From a virus: a DNA stretch of 64,000 nucleotides. Within the stretch, counting starts at the first letter, position 1. Each line of letters starts with the position of its first letter. The stretch lies in IMG/VR virus record IMGVR_UViG_3300047557_001498, positions 32,001 through 96,000 of that record. The stretch is one strand, 5' to 3'. The notes below the pieces were generated by a model. The model saw only the letters and a program-made list of their open reading frames with translations. It had not been told where the DNA came from and ran no database searches. A program made the translations under genes and the position numbers. Below are positions 45,811-56,100 of this stretch, piece after piece.

Positions 45811-48800
45811 TTATTGACGATTTACTTCTTCACGATTCGGACCATACACATCCGTTCTAGAATCGGGAAGTCTTTTATCATCAGGTAAAGGATTTGCAGT
45901 AACTTGAATGCCAGTTAAAGGACTATCTAAACTCAATCTTGCAGACGTGTTTAATGTTGTTTCCCAAGTAGACGGTGTTACCTTGTGTAAAATTTTGGTT
46001 ACAGTAAAGACCATATCCCAATCAACATTATAGTGTCTTGGTATCATAGTTGTTTTCAATACATCACCAAATTTAAATCCATTGATACCGTCAATCGTTA
46101 CTGTAAATTCAACTGGATATATTGCTTTATTCAACCAATGCCCACCTACACCAATACTACGACCACTTTGATACATTGGCTTCGTTGTCAATCTTTTAAA
46201 TTTTGTTAAAATAGATCTATAATTATCACACCATTCTTGTGTGAATCCTTGTGTTGCAACTGCATCTTCTTCTTTTGTTTTGTCTTTACTGTTTAAATCA
46301 TATTGCTTTTCATATTCTTTGTTATCTCTATCAATCGGTCTTATTACGTTTCCATCGCCACTATATGGTTTTGCTCTAAAATCACCACCTTTAGCATTCG
46401 ATTCTTGTCCTCGAGCTGCAATGTAAGCTGAAAATGCTAATTCTTTTGGAGGTTTTGATGATATTTGAACATTTTTTATTAAAGGTTTGAATATTGTTGC
46501 CTCAAAAACAAACGGTTTAACTGAATATATGTCATCATTTAATTCAAAATCTGTTAAATTATCGGTTCCCAAATTTTCACTTGCTTTTATAGTTTGTGAA
46601 TGTTTTCTCGCTATGTGAGTATCTTCTAATGATAAAACGGACATACCTTTAATTACAGAATTTCCCAATTCTTGAGGTCCTGTATATTTGGGAGATAATT
46701 TTTCAGGTTCTGTAAACAAGTGTGAAACTAATTGGTAAGTATCACCGGATGCTGCATTTATCTCTCTAATTATTACATCAAATAAACTTGTTATATTTTT
46801 GTAAGATATATTTGTTGCATTATCTATTAAAAATTCTCTGTATACTTTCAATATCAAATTTATACCTATCAGTATATTGCCTATATTTATTACGTCATCT
46901 TCTATTCTTATCTTTTTTCCGCCGGTTTCAATTATATTTGCACCTTGTATTTCGGGTGAAATATCTTTTTTTATTTCAAATGTTCTTAAAAAATCAGAGT
47001 ATTCATTATCATAGAACGGGTTAAATGTTTGATAACCACCCATTGATATATCTGGAAAATAAACATTTTGTGGATATGCCGATTTTACATCAGGTTGATA
47101 TTCTGTTTCATTATTTTCACACATTATTCTAAATTTTTGAAAGTTATATTTTTTAGCTTCTTCACCTTCTTCAAATGTTTCCATCATTTTATTTGCAAAT
47201 TCAACCAAATCTTTTAGTGTGATATACCAATAAGTTTGTCCAACTAAATGTGATTGATATTGTTGCGATTGTGATGGATCAGCGCCAGTTCCAGTTCCAT
47301 CACTTCCACCACCAGCACCATCAGCACCACCATCGGATGAACCACCATTTTGATTATTAGCGTTATTCAATCTTTCTTGATATGCAGTTGATTTTACTTT
47401 TATCAAGTCCTTAACCGTATCTACTCCAGTTTTTTTCTGTTCTTCTCTGGCATCTATTAACTTTTGAACAAATTTTGATGTTTGAGCTGATTTACGAATT
47501 GGTATTTCTTCATTTTTTGCACCTTTAAGATCGTATGAAATGTTGTCTTGAATACTCTTTACATCAACTCCACCAACAAATCTAGTTGGAGGATAATCTT
47601 TTTCAAAGTCTTGACGAACTTTATTGTTATCGGTCTTAAAAACATCTGCAGTAGAAATTCTACTTTGGAATGTTTTGAGTTCTGATATTTCACCATCCAG
47701 TCTTTGTTTTTCTTCCGGTGTAACTTTTTCTGCAGGTTTTTTGTCATCAGTTTCAGCATCCGTTCCTTCTTTTTTATTTTTTACCGGTTCTTGTCCAGAT
47801 AATGCAAATTTTTGAGCGGCATCTATGTATTCGTTTAATCTTTTTTCAAGTTCTGTGGAAGGACTTTGAAGTGTATTTCCGTTGTAAACATAACTTGTTT
47901 TATTCGTTCTACCTGATTCAAATAGTTCTAAAAGTGTTTTTGCATTTTCAGAAGATTTACCATCTAAGGCATCTCTTAAAGATTTCGTTGTTCCTAATTT
48001 TTGAAAAAATTCGTCCCAAAGATTTATCATTGTAACAACTTTATCTTGTTGACCAGAATAAGAATCTACCAAACATATTGTTAAATTGTCTGGCCAAAAA
48101 TATTTATCTCTCTCAACTTTATTAGTTTTTTCATCGTGATAGAAAAATTGACAATATTGTGATCCAAATCTACCGAGTTCAGCGTTTTTATTATCACCTG
48201 ATCTATTTTTATAGATTGCTGCTATTTTAACCTCTCTCAATTCTTGAGCAGCTAATTGTGCAATTTTTCTTTTTATGAATAAAACTTTTGAATCTAAATC
48301 CGATTTTGAATTTATTTTATCAATAAAATCATTGAAATCATTTAATTTTAAATCATCTATTAGTGGAAATCCGGGTTCATTACCATTTTTATGTGAATCT
48401 AACCTTGCACGAGTTTCCCAAACTCTTTCTTTTGGAGCATTTCCGTTTGAATCTGGTTTTAAAACATATCTAGATATATTTGATTTTGAAAATCTATCTT
48501 TCCATTTAGCAATCCACTCACCATTAGTATCTCCATTATTGGAAACAAATTGTCTTAAAAACTCCCTTAATTGAAAAGATGCAGCAGGTTTGGCTTGTGT
48601 TCCGCCTGCACCTTGTTCGTTCCAATAAGTTGCTCTATAATCACCATCGGCTTTTGGCACCGATGCGGTCACTCCACCATCTGTATCTGTAAATATACCT
48701 TCAGCTAATGATGGTGGTAGTTCTTGAAACGTTTCTACGATAGCTTCTACTTGTTGTTGAACAATTTCTTGTTGTTCTTGTGCTCGTTCTTGATCATTCA

Positions 48801-49728
48801 TAATCAATCTTCCAGCAGCTGCATCTTCAAATGAACTACCAACAACTGTTGGTAAACCTATCTTAAAATAATTAAAAATTCCAGATTTTGTATTTTCTTT
48901 TGGTAAAAATTCAGCTACACCTGTTGCAGAAACATTTAAGGTTTCTCTATTTGCAAGCAAATCTCTTGTTATTATTGTTATTATATTCGTTTTTGGTGGA
49001 AGTGGTCTTCCCGTTGGATCAAGAACAACATCCGGATCACCGTCTTTTAAATCGAGAACTGTTTGTTCTCCAGATAAACCAAGTGATAACGTTGATGGAG
49101 CAACGATTTGAACTTCAGCGGTTATAGAAGTGTTCTGATTAAATGACCAGTTAAATCCATAAATGATTCCAACGAACTCTAATTTATTAACCTTTGGATC
49201 ATATGCTGGTGTAGACCAACCAAAACCAATATTTACTCTATTTCCAGGTGTAAAAAATATTCTCTGAATTGCTTCTAGTGCAAAACCATCAGGAAGCATA
49301 CCGGGAAAGAAAGTAAATCCAAATTTACCTTTTAATAATGCACCCCTTTGTCCTTCATTTGATATTTCTATATGTGTTAGTAATGGGTAGTTCGGTACAT
49401 TTCTTTCAGAATCATACAATGTTAATCTGCCTTGACCATCGGAATTTGTTTTTATACCGTCTCTTTCGCTCAAATCAAATCCCAAAACTATCGGCAAATC
49501 TCTACCATCTTCTTTACTAAAAGTTTTTGATGTTACATATGCCCAAGGCATTTTTTGATAAGGCCATTCTATTGAATTTGATAGTCCAGTTCCAAGACTA
49601 TTATTTATACCAGTTCTTGTTTTTGATCCGTAGTATTGTGCGCGTTTGTACATTTCCGCACGAACACTTGGCGTAACATCTAAATAATAAGGATTTATGT
49701 AAGTATCCAGATTATCAAAATAAGGCAT
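45811..49728 (-). CDS. Baseplate hub / tail-associated protein
   Basis: C-terminal PVEFTVTIDGINGFKFGD...FTVTKILHKV...WETTL resembles hub proteins; GGAGG RBS before MPYF at 49728. Confidence 0.6.
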   Translation of the reverse strand: MPYFDNLDTYINPYYLDVTPSVRAEMYKRAQYYGSKTRTGINNSLGTGLSNSIEWPYQKMPWAYVTSKTFSKEDGRDLPIVLGFDLSERDGIKTNSDGQGRLTLYDSERNVPNYPLLTHIEISNEGQRGALLKGKFGFTFFPGMLPDGFALEAIQRIFFTPGNRVNIGFGWSTPAYDPKVNKLEFVGIIYGFNWSFNQNTSITAEVQIVAPSTLSLGLSGEQTVLDLKDGDPDVVLDPTGRPLPPKTNIITIITRDLLANRETLNVSATGVAEFLPKENTKSGIFNYFKIGLPTVVGSSFEDAAAGRLIMNDQERAQEQQEIVQQQVEAIVETFQELPPSLAEGIFTDTDGGVTASVPKADGDYRATYWNEQGAGGTQAKPAASFQLREFLRQFVSNNGDTNGEWIAKWKDRFSKSNISRYVLKPDSNGNAPKERVWETRARLDSHKNGNEPGFPLIDDLKLNDFNDFIDKINSKSDLDSKVLFIKRKIAQLAAQELREVKIAAIYKNRSGDNKNAELGRFGSQYCQFFYHDEKTNKVERDKYFWPDNLTICLVDSYSGQQDKVVTMINLWDEFFQKLGTTKSLRDALDGKSSENAKTLLELFESGRTNKTSYVYNGNTLQSPSTELEKRLNEYIDAAQKFALSGQEPVKNKKEGTDAETDDKKPAEKVTPEEKQRLDGEISELKTFQSRISTADVFKTDNNKVRQDFEKDYPPTRFVGGVDVKSIQDNISYDLKGAKNEEIPIRKSAQTSKFVQKLIDAREEQKKTGVDTVKDLIKVKSTAYQERLNNANNQNGGSSDGGADGAGGGSDGTGTGADPSQSQQYQSHLVGQTYWYITLKDLVEFANKMMETFEEGEEAKKYNFQKFRIMCENNETEYQPDVKSAYPQNVYFPDISMGGYQTFNPFYDNEYSDFLRTFEIKKDISPEIQGANIIETGGKKIRIEDDVINIGNILIGINLILKVYREFLIDNATNISYKNITSLFDVIIREINAASGDTYQLVSHLFTEPEKLSPKYTGPQELGNSVIKGMSVLSLEDTHIARKHSQTIKASENLGTDNLTDFELNDDIYSVKPFVFEATIFKPLIKNVQISSKPPKELAFSAYIAARGQESNAKGGDFRAKPYSGDGNVIRPIDRDNKEYEKQYDLNSKDKTKEEDAVATQGFTQEWCDNYRSILTKFKRLTTKPMYQSGRSIGVGGHWLNKAIYPVEFTVTIDGINGFKFGDVLKTTMIPRHYNVDWDMVFTVTKILHKVTPSTWETTLNTSARLSLDSPLTGIQVTANPLPDDKRLPDSRTDVYGPNREEVNRQ

Positions 49729-49729
49729 A

Positions 49730-50062
49730 TCACCTCCGGGTATTGTAATCAAATAACAATGAAGATATACCGTCCATTGTTTCATACGGTATAGTTATCG
49801 GTATTCCTTTTGGAACGGCAAGTGTCCCCTTTCCTAAATTATTTGCCCTAGCAATAACAAACCAAAGTCTTTCGTCACCATAAAATTCTTTTGCAAGTAA
49901 ATCTAATCTATCACCATCTTGTGTTGTTATTACCGTCCCATTTCCAGATCTGATAAAACTTGGATATAACGTTGTTGATTTTCTTCTAACGGTTCTTTCT
50001 GTTCCATCCGAATCTATTTTTTTAGCATCTTTTATTGTATATGTGTATTCATATCTATTCAT
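49730..50062 (-). CDS. LysM-like baseplate/tail X-type protein
   Basis: GDRLDLLAKEFYGDERLWFVIARAN...GIPITIP. Confidence 0.8.
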   Translation of the reverse strand: MNRYEYTYTIKDAKKIDSDGTERTVRRKSTTLYPSFIRSGNGTVITTQDGDRLDLLAKEFYGDERLWFVIARANNLGKGTLAVPKGIPITIPYETMDGISSLLFDYNTRR

Positions 50063-50084
50063 AGTTTAATCCTTTGTTATATCC

Positions 50085-50092
50085 TATAAATA
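50085..50092 (-). promoter_or_regulatory. Putative late promoter TATTTATA
   Basis: Upstream of the LysM-like gene. Confidence 0.6.
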
Positions 50093-50129
50093 TCATCTTC
50101 ATTAGTAATTTTTATTTTATAGTAATAAA

Positions 50130-53100
50130 TCAAGTTTCGTTTGGATCAACAGGTTGTGCTGATCTAGGTCTGTATGTATATGCACCAAAATTATTTGGGG
50201 ATCCAGCAACAGGAGTTTTGTATCTAGATGTTGCACTTGTTGTACTTAAATCATAACCACGAACACGATTTCCTTTTGTAGCCCATTTTGTTCTCCATGA
50301 TACACCCCCATCTGCAATCCACCATTCTCCATCAACTTGTTCAGAAAATGCCTTATATTCTTCGGGTATAACCGCAATACCACCGATACCGGTATCTGGT
50401 ACAAATTTATGAGTAAAGTATTGTGGACCAACCAACCAAAATTCTGATTTATCTCCGATTTCTTTTCTACTACATGATGTAACCGCAGGACAACCGGTTG
50501 CCTTTTTAGGATCAACTACAAGTTTTACATCACAACCGGCTTGATCTTGATTCTCTAAAATAATTTCTATTCTTCTATTTTTAGCATCAGAAGGCGGTAT
50601 ACCCTGAATTAAACTTGTTATACCAGCCCCTCTTGATTGTATTCTATTTTCATCAACACCTTTTGCTATCAATAAATTTTTAACAGTTGTTGCTCGACTA
50701 TTACTTAATTTCATATTGTATAATGCATATCTTTCATATGCATCTTTTTCTTTTGGTAGTTTAAAATCAACTTCTTGACTCGCATGACCTACTAAAGTTA
50801 TTTTTGAATTTTTACAGTCATTCAACATCCAATTTGCCAATTGATCAATGACTGCATTTGATGAATCCGTTACGTATCTATCTTCATCTGTACAGAAATT
50901 TATTCCACATAGATATTTTTCTACCGGCTTTTTAGGTGCTGGTTCTGGCTTTGTTTCTTGTTTTTTCTCCTCCGGTTTTGGTTTCTTTTCCGTAAGATCA
51001 ACTATTGCACATAATCCGGTATTCATTGGGTGTTTGAGTGGTAAATCATCAAATGTTCTGAAGTAATTAACTCTATCACCGTGAACTGGAACAAGGCCTG
51101 TTTCTAAAGATCCATCTTCTGATCTATCATCAAATAATGAATAGAATACACAATCCCACTCTGGACGATAGATATTGAATGTAACAAAAGTACATTGAAC
51201 ATTTATAGTCTTTGGTAATTCTAATGCTCCTGGCATTGACAATGCCTTTATCAAATTTCCTTCTGCATCTTTTTTAGAGAAATCCCAATCTTCTCTCAAC
51301 TTAGCAGTTTCCCAAGTTGTTTGTGTATTATCAAATGTATATGTTAATGTAGATAAAAATCCAGGAAACTTCCTATACAAATTACCAAGATTCAATCTAA
51401 CCACAGGAGCTTTCATAAATCCGTTATCAGTATATTCGGGAGCAGTCCATGATGCTAACATATTTAATTTACGCCAACTTGCCTTCAATTCATCCCTCGT
51501 TCCTATATGAACTGTAAATCCAAAGTTTATATCCCTTTCATATCCATCATAAGAATAAACTGGATCAGCACGACCAATATATTTTATAGGTGTCCACGAT
51601 GGTTTGTGGTTATCAACGATAGTATCAATATATGCCCTAAAAACTATTGCTTCCGTTGGTTTATATTCAGAACCTTTTAGATTTGCTCCAGTAAAATAGA
51701 ATTGAACTAGATCTTCAGCAGCACCAACCGAATCTCCTTTACCGTCTTGAAAAGCATTTTTATGTTGTTCGTATACATATTTAGAACTCAAATCGGTTGT
51801 TGATCTTTTCCAATCTATAATGTTTATTCTATCTCCTCTAAACTTTGGAACTTTGAATACAAGTGACTCAGCAGTACCATTTTTCTTTGCCATATCAAGT
51901 AATTTTTTTCTATATTGTTCAGTAACATCCTTTTTTAATGTTGGGTATGCCGCATATTTGTAATTACTCATTACAGCACTATCTTTTAATGTAAGTGATC
52001 CATCAGCATTTTCAGTCCAAATACCGGTTCCTCCAGAACCACTTGGTATTAGTGATGTGTATTGGATGGTGCTAACATAAACCTCACTTCTTAAATTTCC
52101 AGGTTCCCCTTCAGATCCAATTCCAAATCTATCTTCCAGATTATTATTTTTGAAATTTATTACTTTTGGGCTAGAACTAAATGTTCGAGTAGAATTATCT
52201 GCCTCCAATCCAGATCTAAAATCTTGTAATTTTGTAGTATCTGTTATGGCATCAAAAGTTTCCTCACTACGTACCAATCCACTATAATTGCTTGTTTTGT
52301 AATTTTTTATAGGTGAATGATCATTTTGAATAACTTTTGCTGTATCTAAAAATCCTGTTTTATCTGCTATATCAGCGAATGATGGTGTTTTAGTCGTATC
52401 ACGAACTCTATCGCTAGGATTTGGATGTTTCCATTGTTCAAATCCTTTTTCATATAATCTTCTTGCTGTTGCCTTTTGAATACCATACGGAACTGGAGCA
52501 GGTGTTTCATATGGATTTGCACCTTCCATTCTTCTACTTGCACCAGCACTTGAATATGTTTTTCTTATTTTTTGAATATAATTTTTTAAAGCAACTAGTG
52601 TTCCACCAAATTCTTCGTCTGTAACATATGCATCATCATTGAAATCATTATTTCTATCTAATGGATTTCCTGGATTACTTGCATTACTTAATATTAAATC
52701 ACCATATTTGTTAATAGACTTTTGAAATACATTTCCAGTATTTACTAAATTATCCTGTACACTTGTTGGTGAGAAAAATACTTCTCTATCAGTTCCCTTT
52801 TCTATACTTTCTTTTGTTGGAAAATATCCAGTAGAATTTATGCCCTTGTATGGATGGGTTGCACGATTTATAGTAGTTCCAAATAATCCTAGAAAAGAAT
52901 TAGGACCACCAAATATCGTAGATAATCTTTGTATTTTTGTATCAGTTGATATTTGTGGAAGATTTGTAGAACTATTAACATTGTATTTTAATTTTTGTCT
53001 TACGCCTCCACCCGAATTTAATTGCGGAGCACCGTTTTCTAATAATAAATTATTATCAACTATTACTATCGGTTTGTAAGAATCTGGTAATAATTCTTTT

Positions 53101-56100
53101 GTCAAAGATACTAAACGGTTGTAATCACTTGTTCTGTTAAAAAATCCAGGTGATGTAAAATCTTCAAAGTCTCTATTATCAGTATTTAATTGACGAGTAA
53201 CGGCTATATCTTCATATGCACCCTCACCATACATAAGAACACCATGACGAGCAAATCTGGTATTTATTACAGCATTCCTACCAAATGTATTAAGTGGAAC
53301 GGATAGTGGATTGTATATGTTTGTCCAATTTATTCCAAGAACTCCACCCGGTAAACCAGTAGCACCGGCTATACCTAACAATCCAGTTCCAGTATCAACC
53401 ATTGGATTCATAAATTGCAATCCTATTTGTTTTGCATTCCACAATAATCCTTTCGGTGATAACAAGAATTTAGTAATACGTTTTGTATCAAGAATTGAAC
53501 GAACTACATTTTTAACCAATCCACCACGAACAATTCCTTCATCAAATGATTGTGCAGAATCAAGGAAACTTATAGCACTATTTATATTATTCTTTATAGA
53601 ACTTAAATCAATAGTTCCTGTACCTGGAAGATTTACAGAGTTTGGTATACTGTTTATAGCACGTAGAGATGAAATTAAATCTTTATCTTCACCGTTCAGA
53701 GATGTATCTATAAATGGTTGAGGATATGTTGTTGATGTGTTAAATGAATCCCTTACCAAATTATATTTTGAATACTGATAATCGATGTGTGATTTGTATA
53801 AAACTCCATTGTAATATGGTAATCCATTGAATGATCTATTCAATGCAACAACTTGTGCCGCAGTTAAACCATTTGCACCAATGGTAGAAAATGGTTGTGT
53901 TGCTGTATTTGGATTTCCGGTATTTGCCCAAACTGCCATTTCACCATCAACATATGTTGGTCTTGAATCAATACCACCACCTAATGTATATCGGTTCACA
54001 TCCATAAATGGAACGACTATTGACGGATTTATTAAGAATGCAGCACCTGTTGTTAAATCAACAAGTTGTCCTGAAGACTTACCTCGTCTTCTGAATCCAG
54101 TTATATTGAATCCATACTTCTGAACATTTACAACAGGAGATTGATTATCTAATGTTGCTTTGAATCCTGATATTGATTTTCCACCAAAACTCAAAGGAGC
54201 ATATTGCTCCAAGTTGCTAGTTTGTAATGGTTGTAGTAATTGTCTAAATGTACTCAATGCAAATCTTTGTACTCTTTGTGGAAATCCTTGTAAACCCAAT
54301 ATATTAGGACTAAACATTGGATTTATTATCGGATATGCAGTTCCATCGAATTGAGACATATTTACCATGAATCCAAATCTATTTCCTTGTGTAAACCCAA
54401 AGAATCTAGTTGCTCTCATTGAATATGGATCAGTACCATCCCAATCAAACTGTGTTGATCCAGGAGTTATGTTTACCCCGCCTGATGTAATCGGTTGTCC
54501 TTGATTTGTATTTGCATACGATGTTGCTTCTAATGGGGTGGCAAATGTATGAAAACCTCTCCAAGTTGATATATTATTACGGTCAAAATACCCATTCGGA
54601 TTGTTTGCATCATTCGTAGGTGCTTGATTTCTTGTTCCATCCCAATCGAATTGTGTTGTTCCAAGCGGTCCACCAATAAGAGTAACACCCCCACCTGCAA
54701 CCGGCTGACCTTGACCGGTGTTTGTATACGAAGTAGGTTCTAACGGTGTTGCAAATGTATGAAAACCTCTCCAAGTAGATTGATTATTTTGATCAAAATA
54801 TCCATTAGGATTGTTTATGTCATTAGTTGGTGCTTGATTTCTTGTTCCATCCCAATCGAATTGTGTTGAACCCAATAGTCCACCAATAAGAGTAACGCCA
54901 CCACCTGCAACTGGTTGTCCTTGAGCAGTATTTGTATATGAGGTTGGTTCAAGTGGTGTTGCAAATGTATGAAAACCCCTCCATGTTACAATATTATTCG
55001 CATCGAAATAACCACTTGGATTGTTTACATCATTCGTAGGTGCCTGTGATCTAAAACCATCCCAATCGAAATCGGAAGTTCCAACCCCAAGTGGTCCACC
55101 AACAAGAGTAACTATTGTACCGGCAATCGGCTGTCCTTGGTTAGTATTGGTATATGATGTTGCCTCTAATGGAGTAGCAAATGTATGAAATCCTCTCCAA
55201 GTGAATCTGTTAGTTATGTCAAAGTAACCATTTGGATTGTTTATGTCATTCGTAGGTGCTTGATTCCGCAATCCATCCCAATCAAATTGTGTTGATCCCA
55301 ACTGTCCACCGATAAGAGTTACACCAGGTCCTGTTACTGGTTGACCTTGAGCAGTATTTGTATATGAAGTAGGTTCTAATGGTGTTGCAAATGTATGAAA
55401 ACCTCTCCAAGTAGATTGGTTGGTTATATCAAAATATCCATTCGGGTTATTAGCATCATTTGTTGGTGCCTGTGATCTAACGCCATCCCAATCAAAATCA
55501 GTAGTTCCAACGCCAATTGGTCCCCCAATTAGAGTAACTCCTGATGTAGTAACGGGCTGACCCTGATTTGTGTTGGTATATGAAGTTGGTTCAAGTGGTA
55601 AAGCAAATGTATGAAATCCTCTCCAAGTGAATCTGTTAGTTATGTCAAAATATCCATTGGGATTGTTTATGTCATTTGTAGGTGCTTGGTTTCTAGTTCC
55701 ATCCCAATCGAACTGTGTTGATCCGAGAAGTCCACCGATAAGAGTTACACCTGGTCCTGTTACTGGTTGTCCTTGTGCAGTGTTTGTATATGAAGTTGGT
55801 TCAAGTGGTAAAGCAAATGTATGAAATCCTCTCCAAGTGAATCTGTTAGTTATGTCAAAATATCCATTGGGATTGTTTATGTCATTTGTTGGTGCTTGGT
55901 TTCTAGTTCCATCCCAATCGAACTGTGTTGATCCGAGAAGTCCACCGATAAGAGTTACACCTGGTCCTGTTACTGGCTGTCCTTGAGCAGTGTTAGTATA
56001 CGAAGTAGGTTCCAGCGGTGTAGCAAAAGTATGGAATCCTCTCCAAGTTGATTGATTGGTTATGTCAAAATAACCATTCGGATTGTTAGCATCATTTGTT

